DNA of 64,000 nucleotides from Perna viridis (lineage: Eukaryota), in contig CM074511.1 in the NCBI GenBank assembly GCA_037379345.1, positions 18,600,001 to 18,664,000 on the forward strand, given 5' to 3'. Each line of letters begins with the position of its first letter. Positions within the stretch are counted from its first letter, which is position 1. A program made the position numbers and the translations under genes. The notes below the pieces were generated by a model. That model was not told the DNA's origin and did not search any database. It was given only the letters and a program-made list of their open reading frames with translations. Below are positions 1-13,849 of the stretch, one piece after another.

Positions 1-974
1 CAAAGTGCATAACTGTACTTAAAATATACTAGAGCTTACTTAAAGGTGTGTTTACACTTGACCTTTTGGTGATCTCTGAAAATATTAACTATTTTGGATT
101 TAGATACATTTGTCATGTTTCACCACATCTATTCTTTTTTTCCATTGTCAAACTTCAATTTGCTCTACTTACTGTCTATTTTTAAATGATCTAACAGATG
201 GAGTCAACATTTTGGATTCTCTCAGCAATATTTCTTAAAAAAGAACATTTGTAATATCATTTTGACCTCCAACCCTTTTCATCGATACTTCATTGAGGAC
301 TTTTGGTTTTCCTGAAGTGGACATTTGATTAGAAACTTGGAAAATTCAGGATCTTCATCCCTTCAAAGTGAATTTGAAGTTCTGAGTACTTAATAGCACA
401 TGCCAAACACTTGCCATATACTTTCTTGTGTTTCATGTCTATACTCCATATACCAATCATATAACATGTAAGCTGTCTTATCCTGACAGCTAGAGATTAA
501 AATAAAACCATGACACCCATTAAAGACCAAATTTAGCAAAGAAATCATTAAGTACAAGTTGCTGATTTGAATTAAAAACAGAAGCTTCCTCACAGAAATT
601 AGTTCACATGTATTTTATTACAGACCAGATATATCATGTAATTAAAGAAAGGGGATGAGACTATTAAAATTCTTCCCTTTTTAGAACTCTTCTTGTAATG
701 TATAAGCCACAGAAAAAAATTATTGTCTGACACAATTGCTGAATAATAGTACAAATGAATGGATATAAAGAATACACTGGAATATAGAAGGATGGAGTCT
801 ATGGTATATAAAACAATGTTCCCAGAGTAATAAATTTTGTTATCTGACTGTCACCTACCAAAAGGTTACAACAGTATTTTTCTTAAGATACTATTTTAAC
901 TTGATGTTATAATTAAATCTGCCACTTGAAATTTATTTAAAAATGACAATAAATTAATGGAGAAAATATGTATA

Positions 975-1604
975 CAGTGGATTCCACTTAATTGCATACC
1001 TGTTAATTGCATATAAACTCAAAAGAACAACAAAGATTTCCCATTTTATCCATGTCAAAAATTCCTCTTATATGCAGATCATAAGACCAAAAATCAGAAA
1101 ATTCCTCTTAATCACATAAATATTTTTCAAAATTTACCCAAAAATGACCTTAATGGGTAAAACAACAATGCGTCATTAGTGAAATATCTTAGTTTTCTTA
1201 AGAAATTTGTTTTTACAACAATATTTTCTCTTTCTTTTGACTAGACACTAAAGCTGGAATCTAATTAGACATAAGAAAAGAACATTAAGCTCACTTAAAT
1301 ATTAAAAATACTAGATATTTCCCTTGAAATGATAATTTCTGTTACTGTGAAAGTACTATTGTTCGTGGGGTACCAATTTTCGTGGTTTTCGTGGGAAGGC
1401 CAATCCACAAAATTTGATTCCTATCAAATAAGGAGATTTTCATTGATGTGTATACTGAAAATCTCAAACCACTAATTCAAGAATCCATGAACTTGTGTTT
1501 CTTCCCTAATCCACGAATATTGGTATCCATGAATTAAAGTTCTTTCACAGTAATTGCATATTTTTTTCTGACAAATCGGTTATGTGATTAACAGGAATCT
1601 ACTG
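975..1604. mobile_element. Tc1/mariner(pogo)-like MITE
   Basis: Imperfect TIRs CAGTGGATTCCACTTAATTGCATA / TATGTGATTAACAGGAATCTACTG, flanked by TA on both sides. Confidence 0.7.
1345..1550. mobile_element. Nested ~206-bp MITE
   Basis: TIRs CTGTGAAAG...CTTTCACAG with TA duplication; interrupts a CTGTTAATTGCATA subterminal repeat of the outer MITE. Confidence 0.75.
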
Positions 1605-1800
1605 TATCAAACATACCAATCAATAACTTGTATGTATGTTTTTGTACTTGTGGCTTAGAAGGCTTAAAGACTAATGCACAGGACCTTTTCCATACACTCA
1701 TTAAATGTTGCTTTTCTTCGACACTAATGATAATATTTCAGTTATTCAAACAATAAATATAACATTAATATCACAGAGCAATGGGCTAAGATAAGCTTAA

Positions 1801-1960
1801 GACATGGGTTACATCCAATCCAGTGGTCAGTATAACTAAAGACATGGGTTACATCCAATCCAGTGGTCAGGATAACTAAAGACATGGGTTACATCCAATC
1901 CAGTGGTCAGGATAACTAAAGTCATGGGTTACATCCAATCCAGTGGTCAGTATAACTAAA
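1801..1960. repeat. 40-bp minisatellite x4
   Basis: Four near-identical copies of GACATGGGTTACATCCAATCCAGTGGTCAG(T/G)ATAACTAAA. Confidence 0.95.
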
Positions 1961-2957
1961 GCACTTTTACTTACATGTATGATCAGTTATAGCCCACATA
2001 TATTTGTTGGAAGGTAGTAATGCAAAAGATAGGATATTCTAATGTTGCACTTCATAGGAAAGTGCACTTCAATCTTCATCTGTAGATTTTTATCAAAGAA
2101 AGCACAAAAGAGCCCTGCACTTTGACACCACCCCCTCCCCTTGTCAATCTCATACCAATGACCTTTAATGAAAGTTAAAAAAGGATAAATGTGTTATACT
2201 TGTGTATTTATATATATATTGTCAGAAGTTAATGGGAAAGTCTCATGAATAAGAGATAATATATAACAACTTTTCTAAAGTTAAGAATTAAAATCCATAC
2301 ATATGACACCTTAGACCCCTCAAGGTTTTTAAATACTCATATTATAGAGGAACAATCTAAAAACTAAATTATCAAGTAAAGGCAGATAAAGGCAGTTTGG
2401 ATTTCATACCAATCCTAATCCCAATTCGGTTATTTGTAGAAAATTGTTATCTCAGTAGTATACAGTAATCCAAAAATACTTATCTAACATATAGATATAT
2501 ATAGAAGGCAAATAAGAACTATTCTTTAGAAATCAGTCCCTATTGAAACTATTGATTAATTGTTGGTGTAAGAATTTTTACCATAAATAGAAACAGAATT
2601 CTATTTTGGTGTACTATTATAGACAGTAGTATTGCTATATCAATAAAATATTTATTGTGGGTATCCAACAGTATTAAAAAATCCATAAGAACAGAACAAA
2701 AATATATATAACCTCTTGAGTCAGTAAGAAAGTGGTTGTGACATTAGTCTGAGTGAAACAGAGTGTTTTATAAGATAGAATGCAGAACATTTGTACAGAA
2801 TGTTTTATTGATTAACATGTGTGTTAGAAATATGTCCTTATAAAGGTTAGGGGTGACTTTAAAATATAAAGAACAATATACTGATAGTAACACTGCACAA
2901 CACAGGATAAAATCACCAAGTATTATCAATATTCATCCTTTTTACTCACTTTTGAAG

Positions 2958-3200
2958 TAATGGGTGCTGCTTGCAGAGCAGGACATGCTTACCTAACCAG
3001 AGTGCCTGATATCACATCCTATTTTTTGCCTTTTGTGACCAAGTTTGAAATTGCTTTAATTTTTGTTGGTCATCTTGTTTTCCTGATCTTTTGTTTTTAA
3101 AAGTAATTGTATTTTATTCTGTAGCCTATATTGTATATGTACCAGTAGATCATCACTGTTTTCTGATTTCAAGTTTTGGTCATTGTCTCTGAATTGTCTC
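2958..3200 (+). mobile_element. Decayed retroelement 3' tail fragment
   Basis: Resembles the common bivalve Penelope-associated tail (GGGTGCTGCTTGCAGAGCAGGACATGCTTACC...) followed by a T-rich tract; recognised from memory. Confidence 0.4.
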
Positions 3201-3946
3201 TGTTTTGATGCTTTGGTACTTTTCTTCTTGCTGATACCTTATACATGTACATGTACCTTACTGCTGCGATGTTAGTAACTCAAGTTATGTTGTCACTCTT
3301 AAGGTTTTAATATTGGGTCCATTAGTACCACCTGTTTATGTTTTAGAAGATAGGAAAATGCTGGCTATTTCAGGACTAAATTCCTGAAAATATGTTCAAT
3401 CATTCACATAAAAGAATTGTATTAATCAGTTTAAATTGCATACCAATACATTTCATCACAATGACTTTTCTCGTCAAGTTTTGCAAGCTCTTTTTAGCAG
3501 TACATTTATTTTATTTTATTTTATTCAAAACTTTTCTATCCTACAGAAAAATTAAATGCACACAACCCAATATGAATTGATACTGAGACAGTTCTGATGA
3601 AACTTACTCCAAAAATGTCATGTCCCTAGACAAGAACACAGTAATTTTTAATTTTTAATCAACACAAATCTCTCCAAAATCTCAGCCTTCAAATTAAAAT
3701 CGAGACACAACCAGTCAAATTTGTAGATTGATAAAGACACCCATGCAAACTGCTTACTTTATTCAGGCATCAATTTCTTTGTCGTTTAAGAAAAAATAAT
3801 GAAATACTCTGGCAGTAAATGATATGATGTCTTCAGAGAATTGTCCCTAGTCAAAGTTGGTGTTCCCTGATTTTATATAACACAGAGAATGATTCTAGCT
3901 AATATAAGTTCCATGATTATATATGGATGAGGATGTGGCTGCAAGA

Positions 3947-4485
3947 GTAATCAAGGGAACCTAGGTTATAGTGGTAATCAAAATAATGTAATCAAGGGAC
4001 AAAGCCCAGACATGGAAAACAGACATACACAACAAAGAACATGAAGTAACTAAAATCATACATACAAAGTAACAAAAGCAAATAAGCAACTTGGATGCCA
4101 CTAAAAACTGGGAGCATGAACCAGGTGCACCAGTAGAGTAAGTGTCCTCTGCTTTTCAAAGAACACCCGCCAAGTTGCTCATAAAAAAGTCAAGTCCAGG
4201 GCAGACGAAAGAGGAAAGGAAAACTATGACACGTTGAACAAATCAGTTTTCATGGCGCATATAGATACACCATAGCGATCCATGAGTTCATGATGATGAC
4301 CATAAAACTTCTGTAGTGATGACTTCAATCTTGTAGCAACATAACCATGTTCCAGAAGCCTATTTCTTAGAATTCTAGTGCGATACAAAAAGTCTACGTA
4401 TTTTCGGCAAGCTCTGGCATAATGTATGAGCTGTGATATGAACACTCAATACGCATGTGCTAAAGGGATGTTGCCACAGATGCAA
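3947..4485 (-). mobile_element. Penelope-like retroelement 3' fragment (RT C-terminus plus tail)
   Basis: ORF 4224-4445 ISQLIHYARAC...LKSSLQKFYGHHHEL; tail 3947-4220 is homologous to 32987-33240 and, inverted, to 33728-33822. Confidence 0.75.
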
Positions 4486-7400
4486 ATTACTAAAAGTAAC
4501 TCTTATATACAGTTAAAAAAAAGTAAACATCAAACATTCATTGAATTCAGAGAGATTTACCATAAACAATAAGTGGATGTGTTATCTTGCCAAAAGTCTT
4601 AGGGTTGGTTGAAGCTACATACATGTACATGTACCAAATTGGAAATCATTCCCATGAAAAAAAAGTCAAAGACAATGGAATATGACAGGACAGATGTCCA
4701 ACCAACAGCAGTAAAACTGAGAACCCACAAAGCTTAAAGGTGACGGGATGATACAGTAAGGACATAATAACTAAGAACATATATTTATAAGCCCGACATG
4801 AGGAGAGGGGAGGAGTTAGCTGAACTAATATAAAAAAAACCTCCTCTGCTTCTCTAGGAACACCAGCCAACTGTTAATTCTAAGACATGAAAAAAAAATT
4901 AATAAACTGATTTTGTGCCTCATTTTCACAAGAAGAACTTTAAATTCAGATTTTCCTCTAATCCTCTCTCAACCTATTTCAACCGATCAGATAACTTGAA
5001 ATCGAAGATTGAGGAAATACTCAAGATTTGAGGAAGTTCTCAACTTGAGAATTTTATGAAACCCAGGCTGGTTAAATTTTAAAAAAAAACATAGGCAAAT
5101 TGTGTGAAACATGAAAGTCCCACAAGTACTGTAATATAACAAAAACAGGTATGGTGTATATGTCGAAGAGACAATAACCTTAAGGCCACCAATTGGTCTT
5201 CCATGAATGATGAGGAAACCCTTATACCACAGGGCAGGCTGCAGGTGGCCCCAAAACATAATCATACACAGGCAGAAAGAAAGAGTTACAAAATCATACC
5301 TAAGTTTGAATTAATTTTTTCCACTGATATAACTTACAAACATTTACATTGTTGAATGTACATTTGTAAGTCTACTAAATCATCAACAGCAGATCATTAA
5401 AATAAATTGAAACCTATGTTTTATAGTAGACTGGAGATGTATTTGATGTCACAATCAGTAATGAAAAACAATTACATGTACATAATAACCACTGTTCATT
5501 AATCAACTGGTCTATAAAACTACGATTTTACATCCAACTATCTTCAAAGAAAAGTTGATTAATTTCAGGCAAAAATTCTTAATATACTAAATATATAGCA
5601 GTACCACTACAAGCAGCTATAACTCCAATAAGTAATAAAATGCTTCACAGGATGCGACTTAATATGACTGCATAGTTCAAAATCAGAATAGTTTGGGCAA
5701 TGGTAAGCAAAATATTAAAACTTGATATAACTTTTAATTGTGATAAAATGTTTAATACACCATAACTATCTGAAAATACATGTAATGAAAGTGGTTAAAG
5801 AACTTAAAATTTCAGACATACTTAAGAAATATTAAATCAATTGATAATGAGTTTGAGAAAATTCTGATTTGTTACCTTTTTTGGTCCCTTATTCAAACAT
5901 GGTAAAGACTATAAGCAATTAAATAAACCCAAACCTTATATTAATGATTTTCCTTTTGTGAAATGGAAACTTGTAGTGCAACTTCTGAGTAATTAAACTC
6001 TACTCAAGCTATAGTCAGGAGACAAGAAAAATGCTTTATTGTGGACCGAATATTCAACCCCTTATCCTAAAAGAGTTAAGGTGATAGTGCTAAAAATCAA
6101 TCTGAGTGTAACTTTGGTAAATTGCAAAAAACAGTTCCAAAACGTATTTGTTAATTAGAAAAACTGTGAGTCCACATTACTAGCTGTTACTCAACTCCTT
6201 CCCCTCAAGAATCTGAAGTCTTTCAGATGGAAAAACAAAACAAGAGGTACACACATTCAGATATTTATACAGTGCACATTGGCATCATGTGATAAAGAAT
6301 ATGTGAAAGTTTCATAAAATTCTATTCAATGACTTGAGAACTGGGGACAGACAAATAGAGGAGCAAACATACAGATAGACAGACTGATCACTATATACCC
6401 CCTTCTTTTCAAGCAACATCATCGGTTATCATAATCATCATTTTAAGGAGAGATACTGAGATCATGTGGGGCTCTTGTAGATTACTTCTCCACATAAGTT
6501 AGACTTGTAACTTCAATAAAACATAAGAAATAGAAAAATGGACCAAATCAGGTTGGCTTCAATTTAATGTCCAGTTGTCACCAAATCTCTTAATAATGCA
6601 ACACTAGTTACACACGTTTATGTCAGGTAATGTTTGCTACTTAACACTTTATATGGTAATCCTAAAAATCACTCCTATGAAATTGAAAATGACTTTGTTA
6701 AAAAAATTACTAATTTCTCCAGCCACCTTCTAAACATTATTTTAAAGACATCCAATTTTGTTCAGTACAATTGTAACTACATTTGCCTTTAAAATGTGAT
6801 GATAAAATGAAAATCATAGCAACAACTGTTCAGTTTTAGAAATAATTAATGGTTTAATGCGAGATAAATTTGACAATATCTCTTTAAAATATAGGCAAAA
6901 AGTATCAAAGCATCAAAAATAGAAAGACAATTAATCCAAATACATGGCCTAAACCTGAAAACAAGAATTAATTCATGACAGAATAAGGATATAACAATTC
7001 AATTTAATTATCAAACAACTAAAAAATAAAAAAATGATCAGCAGTGTCTCATAATGACAAAGACCTTAAAAAGTACATTTTGAAAGAGATTTGGATTCCA
7101 TCGGAAAATCAGATGACCATCCAACATTTTCAATACTTCCAAAAAAAAAAACACAAATAAATCCATTTCCAATATGATGCATAGAGTTTTCCATCAACAA
7201 ATACAAAGTACTATAGTCTATTTGATGAGAGGGGACTGAAACCCACAATAATGGGCTTTAAGGATGTAAGTACACTCCAATATGAAATCATTCAATAGTA
7301 ATTTGTAGAAATATCTAGATAAAACACTCTTTAATCTATCTAATAAAATGATATCCCTGTAGTCAATATTGCCATATGTTATATATTTGTTGTTACTGGA

Positions 7401-8154
7401 AAAATCATGGGCATTCCTAATGATATTTGGATTCCCATAAGGCATGTACAATGTATGTAGTCACAAGAAGGGCTGAAATTTTTCCCACCATTTTCAACAA
7501 TTTTCATTAATGCTTACAAAGAGAACAAGAAAAGTAATTCCAGCTAAAAATCATTTCATTTTTTTTTTACAATCAGACATGTACCATAAAAGGCAAAGTG
7601 AATATCTTCTTTTGACAGAATTCATGTAAATTAACAGCCACAAAAACTACATTATAATCATTGTTTCTCCCAGACCAAATGACAGTGTGCTTAGCAGTTC
7701 TGTCACTTTGGCACTGTGCCATCTGAACTAAATTTAAGTTTATATGCTTTATGAGTATTGAGGTATAAGTTTGGGGAGAAGCCTAAGGAGACATGCCTAA
7801 TCTCAAAGTCATGAGGAGAACATTTTAACACTTTACAGATTGAACAGGGGTCCCTGAGTCTGAAATAACTCAACTATACATTTGTATTAATGTTCTACCA
7901 AGTTATTGATAAAATTGGACAAAGCCATAAAGTTAATATGGAAAGTATGAATGTCAAATTAATATGGTACTCTGTATTCCAAACAAATAGCTATTATAAT
8001 AAAATGTCAACTGGATTCATATTTTATATTACAACTTTTATTTTAACATTAGGGCAATACCCTAGAATGTTAAGAATTATCTTTTTAATACAATCTATTG
8101 GATGTTTTTTGCTAATCACAAGGCATATATTACTGATCACAATTAGCACAAATA

Positions 8155-8220
8155 AAACAAAAATGGAATAAATTACCACAACCAAAACAAAAATGGAATA
8201 AATTACCACAACCAAAACAA
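8155..8220. repeat. 30-bp tandem duplication
   Basis: AAAACAAAAATGGAATAAATTACCACAACC x2. Confidence 0.85.
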
Positions 8221-10184
8221 TCAAAGACTGAAGTCTTAAAAGTCGCTGATTGTCAAATGTTATATGCTGTTGATCTGGCTTACATCAGAAGTGGCACGAA
8301 TGCAATATGCTTTAATATTGGTTGATTTTCGCTAAAATCTTGGTTTCCTTAATATGATTACTCTTTTGTAACCGTGATGACCCGAATGTTTTCCAATCAC
8401 AACAACTGGTTATCAGGAAGTGCTGGTAATGTTTTTGTTCCACAAGTTTCTCTCAAAATTTTAGCGATCATTGGGTCATTTTTTATATTGACCAGGGAAA
8501 TAAACAACTGGTAATGACTATCAGAGCCCCTATATATATATGTATATATATTGATCTGGTATGAAGCTAGAACTATAAAGTTATTATGGTAAACAAGGCA
8601 CCGATCAGCAGCATAATGTGGTGTAGTAATATATAATTATGAAAATTATATGCGAGTGTGAAGTACTGAAATTATGAGTGCAAGAAGTCGCTAACAATAT
8701 TAGCGACTTAAAAATGGGATAAAATTGTATGAACAAAGTTTACCAAACTTTGGCCTTCAATATAAAATTTGAAAATTTGATCCAAAAATACACAGGGTCC
8801 AATATTTCGGATTGTACTTTAAATTTCAGTTTTGGAATCTAAAACTTGGTTACGTTTGATACATGTACATGTATGACAAAAAAGAAATAAACAATGAAAA
8901 ATACATGTACATGTGAAGGATTTGAACAGCTACTGGGCCACTGATAAAACTTTTTTTTACTTTTGAAAGTGATGATAAGACTTAATGATTTTTTAAAAAA
9001 ACTTGTAGTGAAGGGGAAGGATCAATTATAAATTGAGTTACAGAAAAATATGAGTCTTATCACCTGTACAAATGGACATGTACATGTGTACAATGTAAAA
9101 TTTATCACTTCAACCACTGTTGAAATTATCTTTCATGCTGAGCATATCAACAACAAAAACAGACCTTAACACCAGATTTATAACAAATATTTTTCTTAGC
9201 ATAGCTACATTGAAGCATTAAAATGTATTACCAGAAAATTCCAATTGATTTTTCATTAAAGTCATTTCCCAATGGTCACAAATTACAAGTGGAATGTCCC
9301 AGTATTGATTCATCAGACCTGTTTCTACATGAAGATTTTCACAAATTACTATGGAACTTATATGTAAAAAAAAACAAAATTTATTTTCTTCATACCGGTA
9401 ATGTCATTTAAAAGGAGACAAACTCCTTTTGTAACGACTTCAGACATAATTTTCTGACTTTTCACATTTGATTTGAGGAAATTTGTCAGAGAAAATTTAC
9501 AGTGCCAACACAAATAATATAAGTCAATATAAATTTCTAATCAAGCATACAATTCAAGTGGAGACATGGATAAATTATCAAATTTCCTACAAGGATACTT
9601 ATCCTTAAATCAAATCCAATCATATGTGATAAGTTGAGAATATTACAGTGCTCAAGATATAAAACTTCCAACAGAGAGACATTTGCAATGCATTCATTTA
9701 CACATTTGATAAAAAAAAAGTACTGTTATAACCACTCAGACTGAATATATCCTATATTAATTTTCAAAAAGGCAAAAGTGAAGTTTTGTTGATCCCACTT
9801 GAGGTATATGTACAAATGTACATTTACATATATACCAGTGATCTCTTATTTACCACATTGTACATGTACATATCTGCTTAAAAAGAAAAACATATTAGTT
9901 TGATTCAGTAGATATACAAAATGTACTACAAGTACATGTAGTATTTTACATCCTGTTGTCCAGTTGTAGGTTTACAATGCTGATAATACAATGTATTCCA
10001 AGTAAAGAAAATCAATTTCCTGTCCAAGTACACCACTATCATTAAAATATTTCTCACTAAATTGGGGGTACTCTTAGAATACTTTAAAATACTTGTACAT
10101 GTATCTTTTAATAATTCATAATAATTACATCTACAAGTATTTCTTACTTCAGTATTAATTTCACAGCATGGGGAAAAAGTTTGA

Positions 10185-10577
10185 TTGACTGATTGTTTGT
10201 TTAACACCCAAGCAGCAATATTTCAGCTATATCCAGGCGATGAACATGAAATGGATGATAAAATGAACCTGAAATAATGATGAAATAAAAAATGGGATGG
10301 GACACAACAAGAATAGGGTGGATGAATTTTAACTGCCACTGGAAATAGGGAGAGGGGGTAGGGTTGGGAAATTCAGCATCCTGTGGCAAAAGAACCTACT
10401 CCTATCAAATACCACAGCAGGGTACTTTAATGTGCAAGGAATGTGGCATCATACCCAACCTGTTTCACCACTATAGTTTGCAGTCAGGTTTTCTGTATTT
10501 TAGACTGACAACCCAAGCAAGTAGCATGCCAGGGGAACCCCATTCCACCATCTGGGGCACACATCCTAGCTGCTCTT
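10185..10577 (-). mobile_element. Diverged, 5'-truncated copy of the ~515-bp SINE-like family
   Basis: Aligns by eye to 19219-19620; same 3' tail GATATAGCTGAAATATTGCTG...TTAAA. Confidence 0.8.
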
Positions 10578-10879
10578 ATACATGTAGATTCCAATATTGT
10601 ATCATAGTCTCACCACTTGTATGACAATACATATAGTTCCTTTAAGACAACAAAACAATAGTTATAATACACAAGTGCCATTCTATAATTAGAATTATGA
10701 GAGACTTTAAAACATATAATACAACTATACACATTATAAAACACATTATTTTAAGTATTAAAGAATATAAAAATTTATTCCTTCAACTAAAAATATTGAA
10801 GCAGGTTTTGGCAACTTAATATAAAAACTCATCCAATTTAAAAAGGTAAATAAATTTTTCGTCATCAGACAAACGATTA

Positions 10880-11420
10880 CAGTGTAAATTCAAAATTATC
10901 TCTACAGACTTCATTAAAAAGAGCAGATCTCAAATCTGACTATAATGGACAAAACATCATTTATCATCTTCTATGCAAGAATCATTACAATGAAAACAGG
11001 TTCTTTCTTCAATACTTTTATGCTCATAGTGACCAGTCTCAATCTTCAGTAGTGCAAAGCCACACCTAAATTTGGTAAATGCACTTCTATATTTATAATC
11101 AACATTACATCCCAAACATTTCTGTGTTCCATAGGAGCATTTAAATAATTTATATGAATGCAGTTTTTTACCAATGTCTTGATCTAAAATTCTATTTTCC
11201 CAATCAGCTTTAAATCTGCCAAAAAGTAACATTTCTAAATTCACAATAGACCTTTTGCTTAAAATATTATCAATATTAATAAAATTATCATCATTACATT
11301 CCTATAATTTTTCTTTTACTCTTTAACACCGGTTTTTCTTATTTATATTGAAACTCCATTGAAAAACTTTAAAATTGACTCTACATGTATCTCGAACCTT
11401 TTCCACTGTCTAAATACTGA
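10880..11420 (-). mobile_element. CR1/L2-group LINE ORF2 C-terminal remnant
   Basis: KLHSYKLFK...YRSAFTKFRCG..LKIETGHY...ERTCFHC...IED resembles the Cys/His-rich C-terminus of LINE ORF2. Confidence 0.65.
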
Positions 11421-12983
11421 TGTCCATAGTTTAGCGCATGGTGGCCTCCAGCAACTAAATTAACCTTTTTTAACTTGATTAACTTGCCCTTTCAAAAGCT
11501 ACAGAGAGCACTATATTGTGAAGGAAAGGGCTAGGACACTTTATTCTCTATAGACTTTATATATTCTTTAATTAAAGCCTTAACTATATCATTTCTCAAA
11601 CCTTAAGAGTCTATATTAACTCATTTATATTTGGGGTCATTTCTATACCTTAACACAAGAAGAATGGATATGGTGAACATGTCAAAGAGACAATAATCCC
11701 ATCAGGATGAAAAAGAACAGTTCAAGGCAACACTCATTGGTCTATCTAAAAATGTTTATCTGTTTACAGATACATTTGCCTAGGTCAAATTGTCTCCTTT
11801 TCATTTAACTGATTTTTTTATCTTATTTATGACATCTGCAAGAACATTAGTACATAAGCATCCTCCTAAAAAATCCCAAACAGGAAATGTATTTCTTATT
11901 TTAAAGTTTACAACAGTTTTAAGGCTATTAGGATGTTTTCTACAACCCATAGCATTATATTGCACTTCATTTTAATCATAAGCTTTCATACTCTTAGGCA
12001 GGGGGTTCAAGGGGTTCGGACTAACCCCCCATGGAAACCAACAAGCACTATTAAACTCAGCATTTAGATTGAAGTCTGACTATTAAAGCTGAGATTCGCA
12101 AGTCAATGTAACCCTCTTCACAAATACCTGCCTATGGGCATGACTTTAATGAATGAAATAGGTTTGCAACTAAAAATAAGGTCAATCGGGTGATCATTAA
12201 GACAGACACATGCAAGATACAGTTAAGTTGATAAAATTTTATCAACTTAATTGTACCTCAATCTGCACAATATAAAATATAATATTTTAAAAGTACATGT
12301 ATCCTCATATATTGTAAATACATGTACACATACATGAATGCCAAAAAAGATCTGCAATTTGGCTTTAACAAAGTAAAAGTTTTCCCATGAAAATTAAAAC
12401 ATTGGTATATGAATATGTAGTTTTCCTTACTGAGATAATAACTTAATATTTATTCTACTTTAGTCAAACTCAAGGTATAAAAAAAATTTAAAAAATCCTG
12501 TTTTTAAGGATTTGAGAAGATAAATGGAGTATAACATTGCTTTTATCACTCAGGGATTGAGATACCAAATGTAAATATACATGTACATTGTACATGTTTT
12601 TTAACTTTAAAAACTTTTATCCAAAAAGGGTAATATTACATAGTATTTCACTCTCTTGCAATAATAGGACCATGTTAGTCTCGTATATTTGAGTGTTAAA
12701 ATTTCTAGACTTTGTGTCCATGGAATTACTAGGAACAATTTGTAAGTGACCAATACACTAACACTTAATTGAAAACATAAAATTGTTTACAATGAATAAC
12801 ATTGTATATCTCAATTGACAGGTGCTTGATTTCTGATGACTGAACATTATGGTCATGTGGTAGTTTCTAATGAAGGGAAATGCATTGCGTTCCAAATTAA
12901 CAAAACAATGTGGGTAACGTTAAAAGTCACTAAATTATTTGAAAGGGGGGTGCTCCAAAGATGTGTATGGGAAAAAAACTCAC

Positions 12984-13078
12984 GTTCCAAGACGTTTCTT
13001 GAAGTCGTAACGCCTCCGTATATCCTCTTTCCCTTGGTGCTTCTTATCACTGTCCCCTTTCTTACCAAACAGTGGCAT
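12984..13078 (-). CDS. CAMK1: Calcium/calmodulin-dependent protein kinase I, first coding exon (rest of gene beyond the left edge)
   Basis: ATG at 13078 gives MPLFGKKGDSDKKHQGKEDIRRRYDFKKRLG(T), then AC|GTGAGT donor (phase 2). Resembles the invertebrate CaMKI N-terminus MPLFGKK and the CaMKI 'EDIR..YDF...LGT' leading into the GTGAFS loop. Confidence 0.8.
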
Positions 13079-13099
13079 TATGTCCAAAATGAAAGAGAA

Positions 13100-13215
13100 A
13101 TTATGCGACAAAATAAAATTCGTACGTCCCTCTCAAGTCATTTGTGTATTCGCACGACTTCTCATTCAACACTTTTACATGTCACGTGACGACACAAAAT
13201 GGAAGGCGAGTTTGC
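13100..13215 (-). promoter_or_regulatory. Likely CaMKI promoter/5'UTR with palindromic E-box and YY1-like motif
   Basis: CpG-rich patch directly upstream of the exon; GTCACGTGAC at 13181-13190; CAAAATGG at 13195-13202. Confidence 0.55.
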
Positions 13216-13849
13216 ATATGTTAAAGAAAATCAATAGTTGTCAGCTGTCATTATGTAATTAATACTATCGCTTATAAATCAATTACTATAATCCAATTAA
13301 ATTCTTTATTTATTCGTAAAATTACATTTGTAAATTGACCACTGTCAGAGTTTGATATAAATTTGTATCAATTAAGAATTATAAAGCGTCAACTCATTGC
13401 ACGAGTGAACTATTTTAAAGTTGAAATAGTATATTTTTCTCTCTTTTTTTCTCAATTTTGATATGTAAAAAAAGTTTTATCATTCTAATAATGGTAAATA
13501 GTTGAAAAACTATGATTTTGGTCTACTGCGTATTTCGCCAGGATAGGCAGTGTATATTAGATGCCTTAATGTTAGAATAAAACTTGTATTTATGAAGTTC
13601 CTGGCCAAGGCCATTCTTCGCATGTAATACAGAAAAATATTATTCGGTCTCTTAAATGGAAATGCCCTCATTCTCGCCCATTCTTGTCTACTGACGATCA
13701 CCGAGTCTCTTTCTGTTTCTTTTGCGCCAATTTTTGGAAATATTTACTATTTCATTTGTAAAGTGATTGCTGCTTTATACTAAACAATTTCGTTAGGTGG
13801 TGAATATTCTTATTTGTTTCGTTATGTGGTGAACTTTCTCTATCGTCAG

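Noticed and set aside
40-210. Two short ATG-initiated frames ending at phase-2 GTAAG donors (40-116 and 173-210, minus) as alternative CaMKI first exons
   Set aside because: No kinase similarity, and they would replace the LGT of the Gly-rich loop; compatible with chance without transcript data
1801-1960. Regular repeats here and at 55922-56162 considered as CRISPR-like
   Set aside because: No unique spacers, no cas genes, eukaryotic intronic context; they are minisatellites
8860-12600. Frequent TACATGTA/ACATGTACATGT motifs
   Set aside because: Occur throughout the window as a general low-complexity feature, with no local structure
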